Part shown: positions 1 through 12,419 of the stretch, one piece after another
Numbering within the stretch: the stretch's first letter is position 1
Layout: every line of letters begins with the position of its first letter
Source: Lama glama
Lineage: Eukaryota
Reading direction: 5' to 3'
Length of the DNA stretch: 64,000 nucleotides
Assembly (NCBI GenBank): GCA_028534125.1
Contig: CM052816.1
Span: 75,394,001-75,458,000 of the forward strand
Notes under the pieces: generated by a model
The model's input: the letters and a program-made list of their open reading frames with translations, nothing else
Told to the model about the DNA's origin: nothing
The model's database searches: none
Translations under genes and position numbers: made by a program

Positions 1-739
1 ATGATTACAGGGCCCATAGACACACAGACTCATTAGCACCTGGGATATTATGATCAAATTAATTCTGTTTGTGTTCATTCTGCTTGTTAGCATTTTCCCT
101 AAGGAATGAGAAATTTCTGAATTTGACTTTTTAAAAAATTGCACATCTGATTTGAATGCTATAAGCACATTTATCTTTGAAAGAACATGTCCGGGACATG
201 GAGTTGCACAAAGTACTATACACAAAAGGCTGTGATGATGTAAGGAAAACCTCCCTCCCTCCAGCTTTTGCTGGGCAGTTTGGGCTGGAAAAGTCTCCCA
301 TTTTAGTGACCATGACAATTGTTTTCTTTAGAAGTAGGCTCAGATTTTCTGGGCTTCTGATACATTACTCCTAGCATAATGGTACCCAGTGGGAAATCCT
401 AACAGATGACTGATGTAAGACGATGTGCTCACTATTTCTAAGTGGTCTAGACTTGGTGGCCTTTCTGTTTTGCCAGAGGAAGTAGAGGTACCCATGTGAC
501 TCTGCATAGTGCATGGTCCAAAGCATAAATGAAGTTTTTCTCAGGTAATCCTCTCCCACCTCCCTCCCAAAAAAAAAAAAAAACCCTCAAACCAGCCAAA
601 GACCTGCCATCTTTGTATTGGGGGAGTGGAAATGTAGTGTCAATTTCTCTATCTCATTAAGGGTGCCAAAGTTTACTCCTAGTTCCTACTTGGGGAGAAA
701 GTCTACTGATCACAGAATTTCTTGTCATCTAAATTGAAG

Positions 740-1170
740 ACTTGTAGGTTGGGTTTCCCAAGAAACAGACTCTTAGACTCTGAGATTTGTGTGCAGTTTT
801 ATTCTGGAGTTCCATTGACATCCATGTCTATGGGAGAGTGAAGGGACAGGACTGGTTAGGGGGAGAAGCTGGGCTGTGGTGCTGTCACAACAAAGGCCTT
901 AGCTGCACATGCAGGGAGCCCTGGAACTAGGGTAACCTTCTGAGTTGTCCCATCTTGAGGCAAGTGCCTATATCCACTCCTTCCCAGTGATCAGTCATTG
1001 GATGCAGGTTGTCCCCGGAGAGGGTGTGTGACCTTGAGTGGTGTACTAACTCTTTAGCTGAGGGCAATTCTCAGACAGACATTGACCCGAGAGCTGACAG
1101 CCAGCAGCGTTCTGAGCAGCCGGAGGAGTGAGTGCTCTCACTCTGGGAAGGGACGGTCTGGGCAGCTCTT
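740..1170 (-). mobile_element. ERVL solo LTR, LTR16-like
   Basis: Resembles the reverse complement of LTR16 (taggttgggtttcccaagaaacagactc...gagttgtcccatcttgaggcaag...cagtcattgg...agggcaattct). Confidence 0.7.
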
Positions 1171-1299
1171 CCATACATAGAGAAACTTTTTCAGTCACTT
1201 GCTTCAGGTATCCTAAAACTAGGGAAGATGAAGGTAGCTAACGTTTATTTACTGCCTACCTTGTAATAAGCACTTGAAGCATTAACACTAAGAATGGAG

Positions 1300-1517
1300 G
1301 AGCAGCTATCATTTATTGAGTTCTTATCTCTCAAATGTTATGTTCATTTTGTTATGAATGCTATTCAATTCACTCTCCACATTAATTCACTCTTTTTATT
1401 CTCTTTCACAAAAAAGGAAACTGGAGCTGGAAAAGTTTAAGTAACATGCCTAAAGTTACACAAGTATAAGTAAGAGTGCCAGGATTTGAACTCAGTCTGC
1501 TTCAAAATTCACTCTCT
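1300..1517 (-). mobile_element. MIR SINE interrupted by an L1; remainder at about 2339-2375
   Basis: MIR core: ggaaactggagct...aagtaacatgcctaaagttacaca...ggatttgaactcag. Confidence 0.7.
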
Positions 1518-2338
1518 CTCTCTTTTCTTTTATTTGAAGTATAGTCAGTTACAACGTGTCAACTTCTGTTGTACAGCATAATGTCCCAGTCATGTATATA
1601 TATGCATATATTCATTTCATATTCTTTTCCATTAAAGGTTATTACAAGATATTGAATATAGTTCCTTGTGCTAAACAGAAGAACTCTGTTTTTTAAACTA
1701 TTTTTAAATATAGTGGTTAGCATTTGCAAATCTCAAACTCCCAAATTTATTCCTTCACTCTCCCTTTCCCCAGTAATGCTTGTTTACTGTGTCTGTGAGT
1801 CTTTCTTTTGTAGATGAGTTCATTAGTGTCCTCTTTTTTTTTTTTTTTTAGATTCCACATGTAGGTGATATCATATGGTATTTCTCTTTCTGGCTTAATT
1901 CATTTAGAATGAGGATTTTTCAAGTCCATCTATGTTGCTGCAAATGGCATTATTTTATCCTTTTTTATCACTGAGTAGTGTTCTATTATATAAACATATC
2001 ATACCTTCCTTATCCAATCATCTGTTGATGGACATTTAGGTTGCTTCCATGTCTTTGTTATTGTATATAGTGCTGCTATGAACATTGGGGTGCATATATC
2101 TTTTTGAATTAGAGTTCCCTCCAGATATATACCCAGGAGTGAGATTGCTGGATCATATGGTATGTCTATTTTTAGTTTTTTAAGGAACTTCCATACTGTT
2201 TTCCATAATGGCTGTACCAATTTACATTCCCAAAAGCACAACCTCCACATTCTCCACATCCTCTCCATCATTTATCATTTGTGGACTTTTTATTGATGGC
2301 CATTCTGACTGATATTTTGATTTGCATTTCTCTGATAA
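1518..2338 (-). mobile_element. 5'-truncated young L1 (ORF2 C-terminus, 3' UTR, polyA)
   Basis: ORF 1999-2271(-) encodes the L1 ORF2 tail ([12 protein letters not shown]...PYDPAI.LLGIY...CTPMFIAAL.TI.KTWKQPKCPS). Degenerate TSD caaaattcactctct (1503-1517) / caaaattcgccctct (2339-2353). Confidence 0.93.
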
Positions 2339-2409
2339 CAAAATTCGCCCTCTTAACCTCTCTGTTATACCACCTATCCATGTGGTATTATTTTGTTTTA
2401 TTTTTGCAA

Positions 2410-2560
2410 AACTCCTATGAGGTACGAACCAGTATTATCCCCATTTTATGGTGAAAAAAATGAGCATCAAGTAAGCTACATGATCTTCCCCAATGTCACA
2501 CATTATTAGTAACTCAAATAGGGCTCTAATTCTAAAGCTCTTGCTCTTTCTACTGCCCCT
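2410..2560 (-). mobile_element. MIR fragment
   Basis: cctatgaggta...tattatccccattttatgg...cccaatgtcacac. Confidence 0.6.
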
Positions 2561-2980
2561 CTATTGATTGTAGGCAGTCCATTAAAACTCGATAAATACT
2601 CACTTAACTTACGAGTCCTTAGAGAGTAGTCTTTATTTAGCCTCATGAATTGATAAGAGCCCATGGAATATTTCCATTGGAATTGGAGTATGTGCCAAGA
2701 AAGCAGCTAGTTGAGGAGGCCAAAAGAGGCTTCACGCACATCATTTTCCAATATTTTCATGCAAGTCTCTTCAGAGCAATTAAGCAATTTCTATTTGTAG
2801 CAGTTCAGATAATTCCAGAAGTAGTCCCATAATTAAGGCAGGGACCATGTCTAGTTCATCTCTGTATCCACTCTCACAACTGCCATATAATAGGTACTTA
2901 CTAAAAATCTGTTGACAGTAAGAGGGAATATATGAACATGAAAGGCCAATAGTTCCCAGGATTTCACCATCAAAAATCTC

Positions 2981-3463
2981 TACAGATGACTGGATAAAGA
3001 AGATATGGTATATAAATAATGGAATACTACTCAGTCTTAAAAAAGAATGAACTTTGGCCATTCGCAACAACATGGGTGGACTTGGAAGGCATTATGCTAA
3101 GTGAAATAAGTCAGATGGAAAAAGATAAATACTGTATGTTATCACTAATACGTGGAATCTGAAAAATACAACAAACTGGTGAATACAACAGAAAAAGAAA
3201 CAAACTCACAGATACAGAGAACAAGCTAGTTATCACCAGTAGTGAGGGGGAAAGAAGAGGGGCAACATAGGGGTAGGGGATTAAGATGTGCAAGTTATTA
3301 GGTATAAAATAAGCTAAAAGGATACATTATACAACACTGAGAATACACCCAGTATTTTATAATAACTGTAAGTGGAGTATAACCTTTTAAAATTGCGAAT
3401 CACTATATTATGCACCTGAAATGTCCATGATATTGTACATCAACTATATTTCAATTAAAAAAA
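2981..3463 (+). mobile_element. L1 3' end fragment of an older subfamily
   Basis: acagatgactggataaagaag...ggaatactactcag...ctaagtgaaataagtcag...tcaattaaaaaaa; approximate TSD aa(a/g)aatctct. Confidence 0.88.
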
Positions 3464-5004
3464 GAATCTCTTACACCATTTTCCCTCACAAAGACCATCT
3501 TCTCTTAGTAAATGTATATTTTTAAAGTAATAACTTATCTCTCCATTGTGAAGATTAGGGTCCCACGGAATTCCACTAGACCTTCCAATAAGCAATAGGC
3601 AGTCAATACTAAATCAGAATTAATAAAATAATTCTGCCAGTGGTAAAGAAGAGCAGCGTTTCAGTTGACTTGTGTGACCACAGTTCAGGGATGGTTGATT
3701 TCTGTCACGGCTTTCAACGTTGCTCCTTCTGCTCTCCCAAGGTCCAGGACCCCCCGAGTTGGGAATCACTGAGAGTAAAGGGATAAACCTAGACAATCCT
3801 TGAGATCCCTGTTCCAAGCAAACCCAGGATTGTTAAAACTTCCTTTCAGAGCAGGTTCAGCCCTGAATTTTTCTTTGCAAATGGAACTCTTTCCAAAGAG
3901 GAGAAAGGACGGGCAGGTGCCTGCCAATAGCAACAATACGCTTTGAAGAAAGTAAATTGCTTCTGAGCTTTGAGTTCCCAAATTCCCTGAGCATTTGTGC
4001 TGAGTGAGGGGCTATTTGGCGCCGAGGAAGAGACTTAAGGTGGGAACACTTGGTCCCACACAGAAGTGTTCATTATACTGATACTCTACCCTTGAAAGAA
4101 AATCCATTTTCTGCCTCCTGGCAATCTAAATCTTAATAATGTACTGAAAGGTCTCTTTGTCTAGAATTTACAAAGCTTTCTTTCTTCCTTCTCTCCCTTA
4201 GAAAATCAGCAGACAGTATAGCCTCTGTGCAGCAGGAGACCCCCATCCGGGGCTGAGCGCTTGTGTTCTATCCCCTGGCAGGGTTTATAACTTATTCCGA
4301 AACATTGGCTGGAGCGAATGATGCGCCTGAAGACATAGCACATTTCATGAACTGTAAACACCACTCTTCTTGCAGTTTATATGATATCATTTTAATTGAA
4401 AATGGATTTTTAACGGTTTTCTTCCACACCACAATGAAAAGGCTACTCTTGCCATCATCAAAGGAAATGGATGGAGTCTTTTGCTTTGATTTGACTGCAT
4501 TACTTTCTGTTAAACAAACACAAAACTAAAGCAGACTAACAACCTGCCAGGCATGGGAAGAAGGGGAGGTAGTTTCCATGTCTTCCTGAGGATTTGGAAC
4601 CTGTCCTGTTGAAAACTTAAAGCAGCTAGTATAGTACGGGTGAAGGTGAGTGTTGGTTAATCCCTGGACCCCAATATTCCTGGTGTGACAGTGGCTCTTG
4701 TGTCCTTATCCCACAGTCCCCAGAACATGTCAGCACTCACGGCTGTGGCTGAGTTGTTAGGAACAACCCTGACCTTACATGTGAATAGTACCCTGATAGA
4801 TAACATCATCTTGTGTGGGAGTGTGTCTGCCCGAAGTGCTGTCATACGTAATTTTACAATTAGGAAAAACAGGGACTCACATAGCTTGCCTAATTTATGC
4901 AGGATTATAATACATAATAAAAAACATTACTATAGTCAGGACCAGGACTGAAATTTCTCTCTTAAGACCAATCCAGTTGATGTGATAGTTCTGTTTGTTT
5001 CCTC

Positions 5005-5140
5005 TTAACAAATCTCTCCCCTACTAGAGTGTATGTATGTACCAGGAGGGCAAGGGCTGTTTCTGTTTCTAGGCACCCCTGTGTCCTCAGCCCACAGGAT
5101 AATGTGTAGCACATAGAGGTGCTTTATAAACATGTGTGGA
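5005..5140 (+). mobile_element. L2 3' end fragment
   Basis: ctccccctactagagtgta...gagggcaagg...tgtagcacatagaggtgct. Confidence 0.55.
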
Positions 5141-6689
5141 ACAGATGTCTTTATCAAGCTACAAATGGAGCTTGAACCTGATTTGAGCAGAGAATCTGGG
5201 AAGGACAAGGAGAGAGGGACTTCTTCCTTTCACAACCACAGAGGGGAAAATTCAGATCAACTATTTGTTTAGTTGTAACTTTCATTATTTTCTGTTTTGC
5301 ACCTTAATAGTTGTGGTAATTTTGTTCTGAAAGTATAGAGTGCAGGTGATAGGAAGACTTGGGAGGGCTTTGGTCTCTTATTCAGAAAAGCCCAGGTCCT
5401 CGAAAATCTCTAGAGTTGCTTTTAGGGCATTTGTTGTGCAGGTAATTCATAAGACTTCATTCCTTCCCTGGGTGCAATTTTAGGGGAAAAAAGTTTTTTT
5501 TCCCAAAAATGAGCTATTTCACCACGCATAAATCAGATATGCTCCTTCCTGAACAGAAACAGCTTTAGCAAAACATGATAAGCCTTGTCTTTACACAAGT
5601 TACATTCTCTAAGATACACTCATCTGTCTACCTGAGGTTATTTTGAAGCCCCTTCTGGAGTTTCAACCTACAGATAGATGCAAAGGCCCTGACTTTTATC
5701 ACTGTGTGCTTCTGTGCATAAAATGCCAACCTTTTGGACAAGAGTTTCTTTTTGTTTTGTCTTTCTCTTCTTTACATTTTCAAGTGAAATTTCTAAGCTT
5801 TCAAAAATGGCCAGACTGACAGGAAATCACATTGTAAAATATGTCAGAGCTGATTTTAATTAGTTGGTCCTGGGTGACTCAGTTGCCCAGGGGAAGAAAG
5901 ACCTGTGATCATCACTTTAAACTTTGCAGATCATCGAAGCCTCCGTTTCTCAGGAGAGGCTGAATTTGGACAAGGTTCTGATGTTTTCACTGTAATCTTT
6001 ACTCCCAAGGGCAGCAGAGAGTTCTGCAACAATTAATGAGTTGAACTGAGAGATTCTATTTCATTCAACAAAAGAAACATTTCGTTGATAATTAAGTACA
6101 TTCAAATAAAATTCACTGAAACATGCAAGTGTTTCATTATCCACAATTGTTCATTCATTAACTGCAAAATACAACAGTTTAGAGAATTTAGAGAAGTAGC
6201 ATGTATGAAATACTTTTGTTGTTAGCGTGTTATGTATACACACACACTTGAGTATGAATTTGACATGAATTCCTAATAAATTTAAATCTAATTAAATAAG
6301 TAATTATAATTAATAATTTGATAATAAATTGGTAGTAAATAAAGACATCTAAGTGATTAAATTTAATTCTAATAAATTTTATTCTTAGAAAGATGATGAT
6401 TACTACTGTCATTATTATTAACCCAGACTCTCAGGGCACTATCTGTATAATGCAGGAAAAGTCTTTTTGCAAATGGACTGGTCAGTTTTAAAATTTGCAA
6501 GTAAGACCCACCAAATACAGAAAAGTTAAAATCCTTCACTTTTATTCAGCAAAGCAGTAATAAATTCACAAGCTGAAATCTGTGCCAATAGCCACAGTGA
6601 GGGGAACAGCAATCTTTTCATGAACTGTGTTACCGCACACACTTTTATTCTAAAAACAAATCTTTTGTTTCTAAAAATAAAACCTGCTA

Positions 6690-7140
6690 AGGACTGGGGA
6701 TACAGCAGCGAGAAAACAGTCTTTGCCCTTAAAGCCATTGCTGTCTAGCTGGGGAGACAGATATTGATCAACCACATAAATATTATTGCAATTTGGACTA
6801 GTGTTCTGAAGAAGTGACATTTAAACTATCACCTGAGAGAGGAGTGAGCAACTTGGTCAAGTGAAGGGGCAGGGAAGATGAGGTATTCTTGGTGAAAAGA
6901 AAACAAAACAACAAATGAACAACACCAAAACAGCATTTGCAAAGTTCCCTGAGGAAAATTAGGCTGATAAGATGAGCAAGACTGAGGATGTGGCTAGAAT
7001 TCAGTGAAGGAAAGAAGAAACTGGAGGAGCAGCTAGCGGCCATTGTTCAGAGCCTGCGGGTCAGTTAAGAACTTTTGTCTTTGAGCTAAAGGCAGTAAGA
7101 GGTGATAGAAGCTTCCGAAGTAGGAGACTGACATGAATTA
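6690..7140 (-). mobile_element. L2 fragment
   Basis: ctggggatacagcag...gtctagctggggagacag...gaagtgacatttaaact, typical antisense L2 3' region. Confidence 0.65.
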
Positions 7141-7749
7141 ATAAGTCAAGGTCAGCACATTGAGGGTTACTGAACCTTCCAATCTCTAAATCTTTTCCTT
7201 TAAATCTTTCCAAAATCAGTTCTCAAAACCAGCACATCAGAAGACCTCCGGTTCCCACATGGCTCCCCTCCTGTTGCTTCCTTGGAGAAAGGTTTTCGGA
7301 TTCCTGTAGACTTGCCCGTTTTCTCTCCTAAGACGCCTGCAGTCTATTTGAAGATGCTTTTCCTCAGGAGAGCTCCACGTTCCAGAGAAAAGCTTTGAGG
7401 CTGCATGTAACAAATTTTGGTTCCGGACCTGCACTTTTGCTAAGTTAGAATCTATAATAGGAAAAGCATACCTGGACGTTTGCCACAACTATGTGCCCCA
7501 AAAGAAAGCCTTTCCAAGGATCCTTCCTTAAAACATCATCACCAGTCATGCCCTCACAGCCCCAGGACATCACCCCCATCCATTTTCTATCATTGATTGG
7601 AAATTGTGAAAGTTGGAAAGAAATCCCACAGGCTCGTTTTTACATCACAACTGTATTATGTCTGGGTGTTGCTCTCAGAATTCCCTGATGTCATCCTTCT
7701 TTGAGACTCAAGAAGGGCATTGCATGGGCTGTCACCCAGTAGATATTTA

Positions 7750-7950
7750 ATACATTACCACTTCTAGAGCAGTAGGCACTCATCCAAGCACTTTAAATGC
7801 ACTAATTACTTTGATTCTCATTATTATGTGCATTTGACAGATGGTGAAACTGAGGCTTAGAGTGTTAACTAACTTGCTTATAATAAATGCTGGTGCTGAG
7901 ATTTGAGCAGAAAGAATCTGGATCCAGATTTGACACTAGTGCTATGGTTT
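7750..7950 (-). mobile_element. MIR SINE
   Basis: catttgacagatggtgaaactgaggcttagagtgttaactaacttgc. Confidence 0.75.
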
Positions 7951-8366
7951 TATTTAAATTTTTATTTATCGTGAAACGATTCTCCTGGTAGTCAGTGAGG
8001 TCTTGCAGATAAACAGTCTAAATCTACACTATAAATCCAGCATCTAATAAAAATGAGAATTAAGAAAAAAGATGGGCATTTATTAAACAATATTGCAGTT
8101 CCTGTATAGTCACATCTTTCTATGCTAAAAGAATCAATCCGGTAAATGGATACTAAAATATTAATATACAAATTCAAAGAGAATTTAGTCATCTCTTCAG
8201 ATTACATAATTTCACTAATATCTTCCTTCATAATATTAGTGAATGTTTTTCAAATTTCTGCTAGCAACTCTTTGACTACAAAGGTGGGGGTATTATGAGT
8301 AAATGAATGAATGAATGAGGGCTTTTTAAGATCTTGTAGCAATCTGAGAACTTCCCAAGCTCTTTA

Positions 8367-9279
8367 ATTTATTTTTTTTAAATCTACTGTATACACCTTT
8401 TTGTTGAATTGGCAGATAGAGGTTTTTTTGTAATCAAAGTATAGTCAGTTTGCAATGTTGTGTTAATTTCTCATGAACTGGGTAGTGATTCAGTTATACA
8501 TACATATGTATATATATTCCTTTTCATATTCTTTTTCACTATAGGCTATTACAAGGTATTGAATATAGTTCCCTGTGTTATATAGTAAGGACCTTGCTGT
8601 TTATCTGTTTTATATACAGTAGTCAGTATCTGCAAATTTCAAACTCCTAATTTATCCCTTCCCATCTCCCTTTTCCTCCCAGTAACCATAAGTTTGTTTT
8701 CTATGTCTGTGAGTCTGTTTGTTTTGTAAATAAATTCGTTTCTTTTTTTAGATTCCACATATAAGTGATATCATATGGTATTTTTCTTTCTACTTTTGGC
8801 TTACTTCACTTAGTAGGACAATCTCCAGCTCTATCCATGTTGCAGCAAATGGCATTATTTTATTCTTTTTTATGGCTGAGTAGTATTCCATTGTATATAT
8901 ACATCACAACTTCTTTATCCAATCATCTGTCAATAGACGTTTAGGTTGCTTTCATGTCTTGGCTATTGTAAATAGTGCCGCTATGAACGTTGGGGTGCAG
9001 GTATCTTTTCAAATTAGAATTTCCTTTGGGCATATGCCCAGGAGTGGGATTGCTGGATCATATATATGGTAAGTCTATTTTTAGTTTTTTAAGGAACTTC
9101 CATACTGTTTTCCATAATGGCTACACCAAACTACATTCCCACCAACAGTGTAGGAGGGTTCCTTTTTCTCCACACCCTCTCCAGCATTTATCATTTGTGG
9201 ACTTTTAAATTGTGGCCATTCTGACTGATGTGAAGTGATACCTCATAGTAGTTTTGATTTGCATTTCTCTAATAGTTAT
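8367..9279 (-). mobile_element. 5'-truncated L1 with a short extra 3' segment and a TSD
   Basis: L1 3' UTR and ORF2 tail at about 8430-9278; exact direct repeat ccaagctcttta at 8355-8366 and 9280-9291. Confidence 0.93.
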
Positions 9280-9608
9280 CCAAGCTCTTTATTTATATAT
9301 GAAGAGAATACAAGTTTTAGTGTCATTAGATGGTAGACTTTGTATGGAATTAATATTAGATTATTCTTTTTGTGAGAAAATCAAAGAACTCTTCTTTGGA
9401 TAAAATTAGTGACAAATCTTTAAGCGCACGTAGAGAGAAGTTCAGACCCCACAGGCTGTCAAAGGAGGCCCTTAATAATCTGGCGCAAACATCTTCCTGT
9501 TCTTCCTCTCTTCCAGTCAATCCCCCTAACGGCCTCCCACCTCCATGGCACTACTCTCCGGTCATCTTGTCCTTCCTAATCACATCATCTTTTTCACATC
9601 CGTATGCT

Positions 9609-9932
9609 TTAAAAAAAACTTTATTGATGTCTGATTGACATATAAAATGGTAAGAGCACTTAACTTAGGATCTACCCTCTTAGAAATTCTTGATATACAA
9701 TACAGTTTTGTTAGGAGGGCATTGTGCTAAGTGAAATAAACCAGACACAGAAAGACAAATACTGTATGATCTCACTTACATGTGGAATCAAAAATAGTCA
9801 AATGTATGGAGCAGAGAATAAAATGGTGTTTACGAGGGGCTGGGGAGAGGGAGAAATGGGGAGGTGATGCTTAAAGTGTACAAATTTCCAGTTATGCAAA
9901 ATACATTAGTTCTGGAGACCTGCTATTCAGTG
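9609..9932. mobile_element. Old L1 (L1MA/MB-like) 3' end with an internal inversion, inserted in an L2
   Basis: About 9612-9713 is the antisense L1 terminus; about 9714-9931 is the sense upstream part; flanked by cgtatgct/catatgct. Confidence 0.75.
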
Positions 9933-10209
9933 CATATGCTACTGAACATGCTGTCCCCTTTTCTTGAAATGCTTTCCTTCTTTATCTGAACAGTCATGGC
10001 CAAGCTCAAATGTTAACTATTTTTTGATGTCTTTGTTAAATTTCTCCTTCATTTCTCACAAGTGGAAGTATTTTACCTACATGACCCCATAGAATCCTAT
10101 GCTCACGACTGTTGCACCATCTTGTATTGTCATGACTGGTTCATACCCATTTTGCTTGTTAGACTTTGAGACAGTTGAGACCAGGATTTCTAGTTCAACA
10201 TTTGAGTTT

Positions 10210-10830
10210 AATAAATGCGCTGTTTTCCTTCTGGTTTCCAGGGATTGTGGTAGGTACAGGGGATATAAAGATGACTATGATATGATTTTTTTTTGAAAAG
10301 TGTACAGGCACTGATAGAAATAGGCATGGAAGTGGATAATCTGAATGCCATGTGCAGTGCGTAGTCATAGAGCTATGCTATAAAAGGAATGCTTTAAAGG
10401 TGTTTAAGGCATCAAGAAAAGAGCTCTTCACCCAGATGCAGACTGCAGGGATTGAGATAATGCCTGGGCCAAGTCTTGAAGGGCAAGGAGAAATGAGTGA
10501 GACCAAGAAGGGTACTGGAAGAAGGAATGGTATTTCACATAGGGAAAAGTCCTGGGGGAAAAAAAAAGAAACAGGCATGAAGCCTGGGAGAAAACACAGG
10601 CATTTCAGTATTACCAGAGAACAAGTTAGCATGTAGGAGGTAGTAACAAATGAGACTGAAGAGGGTGTGAGGGAGGGACTCACCCATACTGTTCAAGAGC
10701 GGGGTGTGTCTTGTGAGTAAGAGAAGACTTTGTGGTTTTTCACATAGAAGAAGAATGCACTCAGCTGAGAGAAAGATTGTTCTGACTACAGTATAGAAAA
10801 GGCACCAAGTAAGAGTGTGGGGGCAGGGCT
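10210..10830 (-). mobile_element. L2 fragment
   Basis: Degenerate purine-rich antisense L2 3' region. Confidence 0.5.
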
Positions 10831-11029
10831 GTAGCAACATTTCTCTAAGACGGTTGAGGAAGGTCTGGACTCCTGAATGGTTCTAGGGAGCTACGCCTAA
10901 AACACTGTCCTCCACAGATGCAGTATATCTCTGCAGAATGAATGAATGGGTGATTTTTAAAAATTAAAGTTTAACTACTTTGTCTTGTACCATGAAAACT
11001 GTTATACTGAGACAGTATCAGTAATAACC

Positions 11030-11290
11030 GCCAGAGTAGGCTTTTCAATTTCTCAATTATCTGATATAAAATTTATTACAATTTATCTGGTATAAAAATT
11101 GATTCTTGGGAGGACAAATAAAAAATTTACTCTTTTTACATAAAAAGGATAGGTATATACAAACAGTATATAAACAGATTCACAGTCTATCTGTGGCATC
11201 AAAATTGTATGGAGAAGGAGGGTAAGTAGAAAAAAAGTATCTGTAAAGACTCCATAGTGGGGAAATAATGAAAAAAAGTTTGACTGCTAT
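11030..11290 (-). mobile_element. hAT-Charlie-like DNA transposon relic
   Basis: taaacagattcacagtctatctgtggcatcaaaatt...ggggaaataatgaaaaaaagtttga resembles a Charlie-type terminus; family uncertain. Confidence 0.45.
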
Positions 11291-12419
11291 GCTAAATAAT
11301 TTTTGTTACTTCAGCAGCATCTGCTAGTTTTAATCCAATATATTGTCTTTTTTGTTAACATAATTCTACTTAAGTCTGAGTATTTGAGATTCAACTTGGC
11401 ATTATTGCTTATTTTGTCTTTGGTATCATATTGACTTTAGAAAAGTATATCTGAACAGAAAAATAGAAATACTCCCATGATGCAGAGAAACAGCATTTTA
11501 AATATAAAACTCATATTTCACCTGAGGACTACACACTATTCCAAAATGATATTTCATCAATCTTCAAAGCAATAAATATTTAGAGAAACAGAGAAGAGCA
11601 CTCTTACACTTTCCTAACATCTCTCCATGGGGATAACCATTAATAGTTCTAAATTCAGATCCTGGAATTTTAATCTTAGAGTAGCAGAGGGCATCTGAGT
11701 TGCTGTTTTTTGTGATGGTCATGGTTCTAAGATGGGAATTCAATTGCTCAGGCTCCTCCCATAACCTAGTACCTTATGGATCTGGTAGATCAGCTACTCA
11801 GTTTAAGTTAATACAGAACCAGCACTGGCCCCAGCTGGCCCCAGCATCACTGGAGAACCACGCCTTTTAAGGTGAGTATACCTGCTAAACAACCATTCTT
11901 TCCAGGAAATACACTGGTTCTGATGCTTTTCCCAAAGAACATCTGCCTTTTCTAAAATGCCAATGTGATATTGCATTCACAACAAAGATACTGCATCTGC
12001 TTTACCAGGTCCAGAAAAGAAAGTAATGAAATTCAAACCCGAGTGGCTGCACATACATTGCCACAGCATCTGTCTTTCTGATGAACTTGAATACACTTCT
12101 ATCTGTTCTCTGGGGATACAGATTTTTCATTTTAAGATAGAATTCTCTTCTGAAACCGTTACTGTAAAGACCAGATTTCTCCACCTGCCAGTCTATTTTC
12201 TAAATGTGTTGAGCCCTTTAGATCCGTGCTACGCTCTTTTAGAAGCATTTGGGTCCTCTTCTATCTGTAGCTAACAAACAAATGTATATGCTGAAAGACA
12301 TAGGTCAGAATTTTTAAGGTATCACCCACAGGATTAATGTAGTCATTGACCCAGATGGGTGGAGTTTGACAAGATGAGCTTTCTGGAGAGAACGTATTAC
12401 ATAGCATGCAACCTCACAA

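Noticed and set aside
1999..2271. 90-aa ORF with convincing protein-like sequence
   Set aside because: It is the L1 ORF2 C-terminal remnant of a truncated element, not a host gene.
6270..6420. Extremely AT-rich quasi-palindromic stretch
   Set aside because: Low complexity explains the self-complementarity.
11054..11100. Imperfect tandem duplication of about 25 bp
   Set aside because: Ordinary slippage duplication within a DNA-transposon relic; not a CRISPR-like array.
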